Below, piece by piece: positions 20,301 through 30,300 of a stretch of DNA of 64,000 nt. A model generated the notes under the pieces. That model ran no database searches and had not been told where the DNA came from. It saw only the letters and a list, made by a program, of their open reading frames with translations. Both the position numbers and the translations under genes were made by a program. Numbering within the stretch: the stretch's first letter is position 1; each line of letters begins with the position of its first letter. Source of the DNA: Candidatus Omnitrophota bacterium (GTDB lineage Bacteria; Omnitrophota; Gorgyraeia; Zapsychrales; JANLHA01); NCBI GenBank assembly GCA_029560465.1, contig JAKQKX010000073.1:79411-143410 (forward strand). The letters are read 5' to 3'.

Positions 20301-21341
20301 ATTGCTTGTGCCAGCCCCACCATTTTGTCAGACGCCTTAAACTGTTCCTGCACGTGGTACGGGTTACCGACGGATCTTTTGGGAACCTGTGGACAGCTTT
20401 GCGGTATTGGGGCGACCCCGTTTTTTGATGCCATTGAAACAGCCCTTGATGATAATATAGGCTCGTGCGGAGAAACTGATCCTGGAGAATGGAAAGATTT
20501 GTTAGACCAGAGCGTTTTAGCCGCGGGGAATCAGGCGATGAAAATGTCAAAACGCTTGAATTTGTTGGAGGGACGAGAGGAAGAGGCGATTTCGATAAGG
20601 AATGTGTTGTATAATGCGCTTCTTCATATCGACGCCTTTCTCACGGGCCCGGCCCAGGGGCTTATTGATGCTTGTAAGGCATGGGGGAATATTTATCCTC
20701 CGGCCACCACCTCTTTCGCCATTTATGCCTGGCAGGATCTCCCCAAAGATGTTTATAACACGATTCGGGGGGATTGGCATGTTGTTAAAGTGGAAGTTCG
20801 AACTCCGGGGCGGTGTAACGCCGCGTGTGGAACGGATCGATGGCCGTATATTGACACATACACCAAAAGCTGGGGGATGAAACGCTGTTATGAATTAAAG
20901 GAATGGACAGGCAGGGTCAAAGCCCGGGTGATCCGTTATGACGAGGATACTGTCGGCAGCCGGATACTTTTCCCGGATGGAACTCTATTATGGAAACCAC
21001 AATACTATCATCCGGAAGGGTCAGATCAGGATCCTACGGATTTGGAGCTGACCTGCGCTATTATGATTGATCCCAATATCGCCGCCCAGACATGGGAATG
21101 GGGGTGGAGGAGCGCTTTTATGGTTAATCAGACGCCGACAGCCAGCGCCACGCCACCTAGGGGGTCGCCCGAGTATTTGGATTGCTGGAATTTTCTGCAT
21201 GAAAGTTTGTTAAGATATGGTTATTCAACGGCGACGTGCGCTCAATATTTTCTAGGAGGCGGATCGGGGTACAGTGGAGACCAGGGGTTTCGTGTCCGTT
21301 TTGTGGAGTGTGATAACGCCTTTATTAGTGGAAATAATTAG
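17295..21341 (+). CDS. TadG-like large Cys/Pro/Asp-rich pilus-tip adhesin candidate (start uncertain, possibly ATG 17448)
   Basis: AG|QVGLILILAAAIGLIL without E+5, then IGRISQGKTLTIIAANTAA (TadG N-terminal pattern); further hydrophobic hairpin; dozens of Cys; DFDTDG loop. Confidence 0.7.
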   Translation: MERKLLNSKFITPGVKLLHVFYKGVRRVRRWQHKKRNAFFFVPNNSGDSTRMPPRHVAGQVGLILILAAAIGLILYAVTINIGRISQGKTLTIIAANTAASKMASFIASYGQMLFMTSLGGETKICAWTGFLVKLIAAIIVVVIVVICAATEQCEGWGLAAAIVAAVLVVAAAVIDVTITQPGITSMWNKMMKDSMGPKEMAVELGVQTALMTAVNDPAQIPDLFDFDTDGSFGNLADPLNKTTAPDYISRFAYYYTRRLQGIPDLNLTIIDDFLSALTDFLFGGDPNRCTVWGCDTDDWGLIDPLDCLLTPGHPCCPANPVGNMRFPAMCDPCCVINDPDLRPACCATGTCVEDEGFAGGDPNTCDERSPYHTPLPPAAPNASLTYPYIFRGINENSTNNKNSSGAWVPANISFREWLGFDDEHHQYAVNPARPNWHYLIDGTGANLDHSQLIRSAPLEYDFYMEDATGYYLNDERPGIFPFFYKLADWGMDLQALTYGALTPDPPDPHPVRDNLECHLCDVDGIAAGTVPAVCAGMTYPSEIGVALELPETPDTALYSGGWCVDAANTGADGDPPQLLDVVPNIVDLLADDAVCAQDVGGWKRGADQFCDPPDQWPYMAECIKAGGPSGGGGPPCVEVDPVSGTSWPVDCACGTGGALPPTPPVDRTLAANNFQYVTTNWPDDKLDDFIYGLPEFYEWATTLFGKDKDTLEDTFDDWYEEAATWIEAPCPSGNAADCAGSCTGDVDGGYWYVWRDDLGSFYTPIVNWLNPPDADLYVGSGCFTNSSADPAVWCVPPPQAAANKYADPTYLGFQSGYNGLECPGVSQEEQASFDISADGRGDIEDVIACFNWNLFDPAEDPSGAPIIHPVTGAQAVGNFEKFEACKWDCDNNPVNSINSCPILPRSLVPGFDALIFTVPMPEADLIALTLCLGTESIPTCNDDCSSLPGGYGIPAFVPTSDNAALPAPDTSLLTNLRALYAFCEANPASSLPNQCRDQGTTIACASPTILSDALNCSCTWYGLPTDLLGTCGQLCGIGATPFFDAIETALDDNIGSCGETDPGEWKDLLDQSVLAAGNQAMKMSKRLNLLEGREEEAISIRNVLYNALLHIDAFLTGPAQGLIDACKAWGNIYPPATTSFAIYAWQDLPKDVYNTIRGDWHVVKVEVRTPGRCNAACGTDRWPYIDTYTKSWGMKRCYELKEWTGRVKARVIRYDEDTVGSRILFPDGTLLWKPQYYHPEGSDQDPTDLELTCAIMIDPNIAAQTWEWGWRSAFMVNQTPTASATPPRGSPEYLDCWNFLHESLLRYGYSTATCAQYFLGGGSGYSGDQGFRVRFVECDNAFISGNN

Positions 21342-21362
21342 AAAAGTATTTAAGGACGAAAT

Positions 21363-21806
21363 ATGTTTCGGCAAAGGAGAAGTGCTCAATCTATATTGGA
21401 GTATATGACCTTGATTGTTTTTTTATTATCAAGCTTGTTTGTCTTTCAAGGTTATATTTTAAGGGGTTATTATGGAAGCTGGAAAAAGGCGGGGGATGCT
21501 TTTGGCTCAGGGCGTCAGTATGACCCCAGGCCTTTTGGGAATTATGGAGATGGCGGCGGGACTTTAGAATGTTTTTTTGATGCCACCCACTGTACGTCAG
21601 GGACCGGCCCGGCCCGGCCGTGTACGTTAATTAACAGATGGATTTCAAAGGCCTGTTATGATGCGACACCCTGTGATTGCACGATGCCAATCGGAACGAC
21701 GGGGTATATCACACAGTGTTTGCAGTGTTTAGAAAATTGTAGCGAGTCTGTAGCTGCGGGAGCGCTTTGTGGGGACGTGACGACATCGAGGGTTTTAATT
21801 GATTAA
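21363..21806 (+). CDS. Minor pilin-like protein with Cys-rich C-terminus
   Basis: SA|QSILEYMTLIVFLL, QYDP motif, Cys-rich tail. Confidence 0.78.
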   Translation: MFRQRRSAQSILEYMTLIVFLLSSLFVFQGYILRGYYGSWKKAGDAFGSGRQYDPRPFGNYGDGGGTLECFFDATHCTSGTGPARPCTLINRWISKACYDATPCDCTMPIGTTGYITQCLQCLENCSESVAAGALCGDVTTSRVLID

Positions 21807-21841
21807 TGATTAGGGGTTTATAAGGAGGCATAGGTTAAGCG

Positions 21842-22696
21842 ATGTATGTTTCTCTATTTTGTATATTTATATCTGCGACAATGTTTGGGTATTTTGTCAT
21901 TCCGTTAATTTATAATAAATCCGTAGAAGTTGGCCAAAAACGGGCGCATAAACTTTCTTCAAAACTGGACAGGGTTTTGCCCCGCTCCAAGGTTGAAAAG
22001 ATAACCCGCTTTTATATCATTGCTCCGATTGTTTTTGGAGGGGCTTGCTATATGTTTTTCCCGGAAGACCTGCGGCTTTTCGGTATAGGAATCGGACTGG
22101 TTTTCGGTTTAATTTTTCCAGGAGTTTATAACAACCTCCTTATAGGGCAAAACAGGAGGAAATTTGATGACCAGTTAATAGATGCGCTTATGATTATGTC
22201 AAGCTCCTTCCGAGGGGGGTTGAGTTTGGTTCAGGCCATGGAAGCCGTTGTGGAAGAGATGCCGGATCCGATAAACCAGGAATTTTCGATTGTTTTGGGG
22301 GAGAACAATATGGGGGTTTCTCTGGATGAAGCCCTTAATCATCTTTATAATAGGCAGCCTTCTCCGGCCGTGCAGCAAATGACAACGGCTATTTTGCTGG
22401 CAAGAGAAACAGGGGGGAATTTGCCCAGTATTTTTCAGCGGATTGTGAATGTTATTCGTGAACAAAAAAGAATAAAATCTCAGATAGACACTTTGACAGT
22501 TCAAGGAAAAATTCAAGGTGTTGTTATGTCGGCCTTGCCTATTATGTTTTTTACGATTATTTACGGAACGAATCCGACTTTCTTTGATCATATGTTTAAG
22601 TCCACGGTAGGGAGGGGCATGCTTGTTTATGCGGTTTTTTCGGAAATTTTAGGCGCCATTATGATTTGGAAGATTAGTAGTTTTAAAGATTTTTAA
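21842..22696 (+). CDS. tadB: Tad inner-membrane platform protein TadB
   Basis: T2SSF-like domain: FDDQLIDALMIMSSSFRGGLSL, ETGGNL, TLTVQGKIQGVVMSALP. Confidence 0.9.
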   Translation: MYVSLFCIFISATMFGYFVIPLIYNKSVEVGQKRAHKLSSKLDRVLPRSKVEKITRFYIIAPIVFGGACYMFFPEDLRLFGIGIGLVFGLIFPGVYNNLLIGQNRRKFDDQLIDALMIMSSSFRGGLSLVQAMEAVVEEMPDPINQEFSIVLGENNMGVSLDEALNHLYNRQPSPAVQQMTTAILLARETGGNLPSIFQRIVNVIREQKRIKSQIDTLTVQGKIQGVVMSALPIMFFTIIYGTNPTFFDHMFKSTVGRGMLVYAVFSEILGAIMIWKISSFKDF

Positions 22697-22734
22697 TAAA
22701 TCAAACAAAGCCTAACCTAAGGAAGAGGTATATC

Positions 22735-23625
22735 ATGTTAATGCTGACATTTGTTTTGACGATGTGTTTTTTGGCGGGATTTAGTTTTGTTGTTGGGCTT
22801 TTTCCGATGGAAATGGAGAGCCGGCCTACGTTAAAAGCTTTTGGATATGAGGTGGCCCCGGCAAAGAAGAAAAAGAATGCGACGTCCATGTTGCGTGCTT
22901 TAGCCATGTTTAATAAACCATTGTGTTCAGGGGGCCTTCGGAAGAGAATTTCAAAAGATTTATCTGTGGGGCATGTTAACTTGACGCCGGAAGAATTTTT
23001 CTTAATGAAGGAAATCGGTATTATTTTGGTGCTTTTGTTGACTTTTCAGATGATTCAGCCAGACATGATTCTTTTTTGGCTTTTTATGAGTCTTTCTATT
23101 GGTTATATGATGCCGGAATTTTGGCTTAAGGGAAAAATTAAAAAAGTCAAAGCTGTTATTGTGAAGGAATTGCCGAATGCCATTGATTTGCTTGGCCTTT
23201 GTGTGAATGCTGGGTTGGACTTTATGTTGGCTTTGAAGTGGGTTGTTGAGAAATCAACACCATCGGTCATGATTAACGAGCTTAATATCCTTTTGCAGGA
23301 AATCAACGTTGGAAAGACCCGCCGTGACGCATTAAAAGATTTGGCGGTAAAATTTGACCTTCCGGAAGTTTCTTCCTTTTCAAGGACGCTTCTCCAGGCA
23401 GATAAAATGGGGACCTCTGTTTCCGAAGCCCTGAATCTTTTGTCTGAAGACATGCGCCTTGCCCGATTCCGCAGAGGGGAACAAATGGCCATGAAAGCGC
23501 CTATGAAGCTGTTGGTGCCCCTGTTGTTCTTTATTTTCCCTGTTGTCGGAATTCTTGTCGCCGGCCCAATATTTCTGCAGTTTATTGAGGAGAATCCGTT
23601 GTCAGAATTGGGTGGGAAAAAATAA
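22735..23625 (+). CDS. tadC: Tad inner-membrane platform protein TadC
   Basis: ELPNAIDLLGLCVNAGLDF, QADKMGTSVSEAL, KAPMKLLVPLLFFIFP. Confidence 0.9.
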   Translation: MLMLTFVLTMCFLAGFSFVVGLFPMEMESRPTLKAFGYEVAPAKKKKNATSMLRALAMFNKPLCSGGLRKRISKDLSVGHVNLTPEEFFLMKEIGIILVLLLTFQMIQPDMILFWLFMSLSIGYMMPEFWLKGKIKKVKAVIVKELPNAIDLLGLCVNAGLDFMLALKWVVEKSTPSVMINELNILLQEINVGKTRRDALKDLAVKFDLPEVSSFSRTLLQADKMGTSVSEALNLLSEDMRLARFRRGEQMAMKAPMKLLVPLLFFIFPVVGILVAGPIFLQFIEENPLSELGGKK

Positions 23626-23724
23626 CCCCTGTTTGGAAAATGAGAAGCAATCCCGTTTTTGATCAATTATCAAAAAGTGTCTTATAAAAACGGTGTTTTT
23701 GTGAAATTTCTAGAAAACCTTGAG

Positions 23725-23751
23725 TTGTCCATTCTGATTTGTCCATTCTGA
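23725..23751. repeat. Tandem 13-bp direct repeat TTGTCCATTCTGA (14-bp period)
   Basis: Exact copies at 23725-23737 and 23739-23751 in the AT-rich intergenic region upstream of the giant gene. Confidence 0.8.
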
Positions 23752-23971
23752 GAAAATTGTGTTTTTAATAATTAAATAAATATAAAAATTAAGCAATATT
23801 CTAAAATTATTTTTCAAGCGAATAGAAATTTTTAAGATGTTTTTAAACCATTAAGTTTTTTTTGGAAGCGTTTTCTTGTTTTTTCTCCTGATTCTCAAAA
23901 GACAATTTCAAAAAATATTTCTTTTGGGCTGTAACTATCTGAAAATAAACAACATTTTCTTTAAAAAAAAA

Positions 23972-24000
23972 TTGCATATTCATTGTTGCCCCTCTATAAT
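23972..24000 (+). promoter_or_regulatory. sigma70 promoter of the giant gene
   Basis: TTGCAT (23972-23977), 17 nt spacer, TATAAT (23995-24000); an alternative extended -10 TGcTATACT lies at 24003-24011. Confidence 0.65.
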
Positions 24001-24009
24001 AATGCTATA

Positions 24010-24160
24010 CTTATAGGGCAAGTGGTAAAGGGTTGCCTTATAAGAATATCCTGAAAGAGGGCCAACAAAATAATGAGATGCACATCATTTATTAAGCTCT
24101 TCAGAGTATTTGAGTAAACTACTGGGCTACCAAGAGACCACTTGGTAGCTTTTTGTTTTT
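24010..24160 (+). ncRNA. Structured 5' leader / candidate attenuator or cis-regulatory RNA
   Basis: Hairpin CTTATAGGGCAA/TTGCCTTATAAG, second stem 24045-24059 with 24097-24110, then a terminator hairpin. No known family recognised. Confidence 0.5.
24125..24160 (+). terminator. Intrinsic terminator in the giant-gene leader
   Basis: GCTACCAAG-AGACCA-CTTGGTAGC followed by TTTTTGTTTTT. Confidence 0.75.
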
Positions 24161-24326
24161 AAAAAATGGCAAAAATTATAAAAATTATAGGAGGAGCAGA
24201 AAAAAAACTAAATAGTTTTTTGTTGAATTCTTTCAGCTTGTTTCAAAAAATTCCTTCCACTTGTATTCGAGGGCACCAGTTAGCCCATTGTTTCGTTAAT
24301 AATCTGGTTAATTTCTAGAAAAATAT

Positions 24327-27300
24327 ATGAATTTTAGATTGGACAAAAAACTAGGTGCCGAAACTGTCTCTAAAGGTATATTAGAGAATAGGTTAATTTC
24401 TGCGTCTGAAAGTATTGTCCAAAATGAATTAAAAGAAGAGTCTTTTAAAAGTAGATTTAAGTCTTGGATTCGGCTTGTTGCCCTTGTTGTTGTTTTAATT
24501 TTCCTTCCAGAGCAGGTTAGCTGGGCTTTCAACTACAATCCCGCTGTTCTTTGGGGACACTCGTCTTCGTCTGTTCAGGTGATTGACTTGGATTCTCCCA
24601 ATCCCCAGGTTTCTCAAGAAGAAATGATGGCGATACAGCTTTCCTCCGGTGTCGCCAATCTTTTGGAACAAATTGAGAACAAAGAAAATGCACAAATTAA
24701 ACTCGGGCTGTCTTCAGATATAAATAATTCTCTTTCTAGTGAGAAAAGCGTTTTAATTTCTGCGAAGAGGAAAATCACTCCGGATTATGTCCAATCTGTT
24801 AAATCTTGGATTCGTAATCCTAATATTCACCCATTTAATTGTGGTGTTTATGCTTTAAAAGATTTGTTAGATGGCAACAAAATTTCAACGTCTTTGGCTG
24901 AAATTGCTGTGGCAACTCTTTCCGTCGATCTTTTAAATAATATTATTGAGCCTGGAGAAAAATTCTTAAAAACTTCTCTTTTTGCGATTGAAGAAGTTGC
25001 CCGCGGATATGGTCTTAATGTTCAGGCCGTCAAGGTTGACACGCAAGACATCCTTTATCTGAAAACTCCGTTTATTGCCAATTTTGGTTCGGAACACTTT
25101 GTGACTGTTCGGTCCGTTGATGCTCAGAATGTGTACTTCTCTGATATTGGCAAGCAACAGTCTATGCCACGAGATCAATTTAAAGAGAAGATCAGCGGTT
25201 TTGTTCTTGCTGTCAATTTGGATCGCCAAGAAGATATGGAATACGAACCCATTTCAGACGCCATGAAGGTGTTTGTTTGGGGTAATAAATGGATAGACAG
25301 ATCAGATGATTTGCCCGGGTTGTTGTCTGGGGCGGATGTTTTTGCTGCTGTAATTTCCATGGTGGTTCAGATTGTCATCGCTTATATTATGGGTGGCCCG
25401 CTTGGAGTTATTATTTCTTTAGCTTCTTCAACTTTTGGTTCTGCCGTAGGGGAAGCGTATTATGTTAACTGTGTGAATGATGGCGGAGATGATTGTGAAA
25501 GCAATGCGTTTATTTTAAGCACAGCTATTACAATTGCTGTTTCAGTAGGTTTGAATTATATGGCCGGGATAGGATCTGAGGCCGGAAATGCAGCGGGCGA
25601 GGCTGCCGCCAGTGGTGGGGAAACCGCATTGGAGTCTACTGCCAGTACCGGCGCAACCAGCTCCCTTAGCACAGCTTTACAAAATGCGGCAGTTGGTGCG
25701 GCAGTTGGTGCGGCTCTCGGGTGGGCCGTTGCGAAGATGACGGGAAAAGATGCTACCAAGGCGGCGCTTATTGGTGGGTTAATTGGAGCTGCAGGAGGAT
25801 TAATTGCTGGTTATGGTGGGTTTGGTGAGGGGATTCAAAGCGCTTGGCAGAGTTTGATAACAAAACTTCAGAATATATGGTCTAGTATTAAAGGGTTTTT
25901 TAATAAGGTTTTTGGCGGCGGCGCTGCATCTACGGCAACGAGCACTACTTCCACAACGAGCATGACAGTGACTCAGCGGTTGTGGGATATTGCGAAGGCC
26001 TTTGCCAAAGGCTTTACGGTCGGGATGATTAAGGCTTATGTTCAAGTTAAAATTGCCGAATTTTTAGAAGAGCATTTGGATATTGATAGTGAAATTTTGA
26101 AATCGGTTTTAGTTGGGTTGATTTCTTCTTTGGCTGCGGATTTGGCGGTGGGTGTTGTTGCCATGGGATTGGACGCGGCCGCAGATGCGTTGTTTGACAA
26201 GCCTGCCAGTGGTGATACCGAGGATTTGGGCTGGCGTGAAATGTTGGGCATGAAAGATGACTCGGAAGCGTCAAAGAAACAATATGCCAATCAGCAGGTT
26301 GAAAAAGCGCAAATTAAGGCAAAGGCTGAAGGGAAGGGGCCGCTTACTGGTGATCAAATTGCGCAAGTTAAAGCGGACGCAATGAGTAGCTATAGTTCTT
26401 TTAAGTTAAATCTAGCAGACATGGGAATGATGGCCCTTCAGCGGTTAGCAGGGGGGATGGGGAGTTTTATATTAAGATATATATTTAAAGATAAATTCGA
26501 CCCAAGCTCCATGATGTCTCAAATTCTTGGCAATTTTGGGTCTTTAATCGGGATGACGCTGTTTAATGTGATCGCTTACGGAGACACTTGGGGAACAACA
26601 TATGATATTAAGAAAGAAAAAGACGAAAATGGAAATGATGTATATACTTATGAAAATGTTGGAACGAAAGAGAACATAAAATCTACTACAACTACAACCG
26701 AAGAGGGGAAAACGGTAACGAGTCATTATTCCGGAACGCATAATGTCACCATGCTTGATACGGATGGTAATCTAGATAACGGTTATGAAAAAGCGTTTGT
26801 TCAGGGATCTTTTTTGGGAACGATTTGGCGGGGTGCGGTTCAAACATTGGTATCGATGTTGTTGGCCCTTGCCCTTTTTGGTAAAGAAGATTTTTCAGAA
26901 GCTGAAGGGGCGGATGGGAAGACGCGAGACAAGGATGAGCGAGCCAAGCAATTTTGGACGTGTAGTTTAATTTTCTTAGGGTCTGTTCTTACGCAGGGTA
27001 TATTCGCATCAATAGCCGGAATGTTTAAAACGTCTGATTTGGCTGCTATAGGAACAAAAGATTATGAAAACCAACAAAAAGCAGGCGGAAAAACAGACGG
27101 GGAAGACAAGCAAAGCATAGGTTCTATTTTCTTGAATGTAACAGGAAATGCTTTTCAAGAGTTTGCTTCTAATTTAGTGGGCGATTGGGTTGGAACAGCC
27201 CCCACTGGCGGAAAGTTTGCTAACTTGTCTTCCTTTGGCACCTATGTTGAATCTATGCAAAAAATGGGCGGCATTACTTTAGATACTGTGTTGAAGGCCC

Positions 27301-30300
27301 AGGAAAAAAGAGAAGAGCTTGAAGAGAAAAGAGAAGAAGCAAAAGAGCAAATGGGTGGATATAATGCTCCGGAGGAGTGGTATGCCTGGGGTTGGGATGA
27401 CAGTATGGCAATTCCAGATGACCTGAAAGACGATGCAGAGAAAACAGATGAAGACATGGCCCAGGAAGCGGGGTTGCAGTTTTTGATTATGGCGGAAGAT
27501 AACCGGGTCGGTTTCTGGGTAGACAATTTTTCCCAGGTGGCGGCGATGTCTGCCATTACTAATTTTAAAAATAGTTTTGAATATGTAGCGTCCGCAATTT
27601 CACACGATTCCGGATACATAAAATTTTACCGGGATTTTCTTGGTTTTACCTTCCGTCCCATTGCCAAAGACGGGTCTTTTCTTGGGAAGAATTACATTCA
27701 ACTAAAAAGAAAAACAATCGGAGAGGATTTTGATCCCGAAAAAGAGGCGACAGAGTTGGTTGCCAAAATAGAAGAAGCAAAGGAAAAAGGCGACATAGAA
27801 GCGGACGGTACCCTGCTTACTATCGAGATGGAAGCCGACGTGGACTCGGCAGAAGATGTGGATGCTTTGGTTAGTTTTATGACGCTGGTAGAGGAAAAGC
27901 TGTCTGGAACAGCGGAAGAATCAAAGGGTGAAAAGGGTGATGTGCTTATTAAGGCGAAAGTGTTTTCCTCTAAAACTCAGGAAGAGGGGGGCACCGAAAG
28001 TCTTATTGCTGGTTACGGATCAGGGGATATAAAGCTAGTAGCCGGTTACGGAGCGGGAAGTCAACAGACAAGTGATTTTATGGTTGTGCCAAGACAACAT
28101 ATTCTTATTGGGGCAAATAGTGCGGACTCCGCAAACTATATTTCTTACAATTTAGTCGGAGCGGGAAATAAGGGAAGAGGCTGGGTTCAGACGGATACAG
28201 CCACAGGGGATGTTTATGAGGGGTTCCTTTCGTATAATCCATATACAGGACAATATTCTTATGATGGCCGGGCGTTCACGGTTGAAGAAGCGAATAAATT
28301 AGGCTTGGATCCTTCTATAATGAAGATTATCGCTAAGAAAGAAGAAGGAGATAAATCAGGAGGGGCGGAAGTAGATCTTTTTGGTGAAGGTTTTACGAAG
28401 TCGAAAGAATTGTCTATTATGGAAACAAGCCCCTCGGAATCGGAAAACTTTGGTGGAGAAGCGCAAACCGGTTACAATCGCTTGGTCGCGCTTGGTTTTG
28501 AGGATTTGGGGTTTGCCATTTATGATAAAGATGCGGGAACAGACGGGCAGGTTGATGGTGGGGGGAGTGTTTATCGTAGAGTTTTACAAGGCGGAGTTGA
28601 AGGGTGGCGGGCTAGGGCAGACGCAAGGGCGGAATATGCTGACCAGATGCGTGAGGCCAAAATTAAGCGTATTATTAACTGGCTGGTTCCGTTTGTGGAT
28701 ATTTGGGGAGAAGGCGAAATTCCGAATCCGGAAAAGGTTGTTTCTCCCGACAAGATGATTGAGGAAACGGTGAGTGCTATGCCGCTGACACAAAAGCAGC
28801 GGCAAGGTCAGGCAGAGGCAAAATTTAAAGCTGCCCAGTCGACGCCGATTCGTGTTAAGAATGCTATGTTAGAGAAGATAAAAGAGTTGGATGCGCAAAA
28901 AGACGCTGATCAGATAACGGAAGAAGCTTATACGACAGAGGTCGCTAAGTTGAACGCTTCCATTGCTAAGATAGATGAGCTTTTAAATGTTGACCCGGAG
29001 CAGGGTGTTTATGACACCTTGGCCACTGTTCCTGTTTATGCTGGTTCTTCTAAGCACAGATATATGCAGCTTTTTGAAGCCGGCGTATTTCTGGGAAATG
29101 CAGAAACAAATAAGTTAATAGGAGAATCGACAACTTCGTATGCAAAATATGAAAACGGAATAATCCAAGGTGGCGTTGTTGGTTGGGTTTTGGGAGATGG
29201 AATTGTTAAAAATCAGGGTGAAGTTACTTCTTTAGTAGGGAAAGCAGAAAATGTCCGCGCTGTTATGAAACAACTGGGTTTGGATAACTTTATTAATATG
29301 TCTGAAGAAGAGAAAAAGCAGGTTACGGATAAATTAATTGCGGCGTTGACGGAACAAGGTCAGGACGGGCTTTTGGCGAGCGTGAAGATTGGCTTTGAAG
29401 GCGGGGCCTTGGTTGCTGATAGTCAATTTGAAGGCGAAGGTGAGACCGACCCGGGAACCAAGCTTAGAAAGAGGATGTCAGCTGCGGATGTTGAACTTTT
29501 GAAGGCGCTTATTGCCACTGCCGCCTTAACGAGCGGATTGTCGGAAGAAGAGAGAATCAAGGCGGTAGAAGAGCTTTCTGTTGCCTTAAATGACGTGCAA
29601 AATATGGGTGATGTGGAAGCCCGGCTTATGGATATGACGACCCAGGATAATCCGATTAAAGATTTTCTGATTAACGCCTTGGAAAACACCTATGCTGGAA
29701 GTCCTACCAAGAATGTTACGATTAATGCTATGAATAAGTCTATGACAGAAGATGGGTGGGATCAGTATACCGCCAAAATGGAGGCGGGAACTAAACTAAA
29801 AGCCAGGGCAGAGGCGATTATTTCCGTTATTGAAGAGGTGGGTTTGGGGGATGTGCTTGGTCTTTCCGAAGAAGAAAAGAAAACCAAGGGCGCGGAACTT
29901 ATTGCCGCTTTACAGCAGGCGGGATTATTAGATAAAGATCAAAAAGTTCCAGACCTGTTTGATGCAGCCACATTGCAATCCATGAAGCTTGCGCTTGGAA
30001 CAATGTTGTCTGGCGGGGTTGCCGATGCAATTGTGGCAGATATGTTAAATCATCAGATATTGAATACCCTTATTAATGTGTTTACCAGCGGCCTTTCTGA
30101 AGAAGATAAAAAGAAGGCCGCTGTTTCTTTGCAGGGTGTGGAAACGATATCTGCTCTTAAAGATGCGGTCGTGAATTTTGCCACGAAAGAACCCCTGGCA
30201 GATGTCATCCGCGCTAGTGAAATTGATGATCTTGTCTTCAGTTACCATGGGGCGCTTGATGATGCCGGGAACGTAAGGTCAGATTTTGCTTTTAATTTGG

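Noticed and set aside
3626-23625. Calling the Tad system complete
   Set aside because: No prepilin peptidase (TadV/CpaA) or TadD-like TPR pilotin recognised in this window; they may lie elsewhere in the genome.
24010-24160. c-di-GMP-I riboswitch (suggested by GGCAA and GAAA and the GGDEF domains)
   Set aside because: The consensus GGCAAA..GNRA..GACGCAAA elements and tetraloop receptor are not present; kept only as an unassigned structured leader.
25840-26000. Phage tape-measure protein
   Set aside because: Only a short Trp-periodic amphipathic stretch, and no phage genes nearby.
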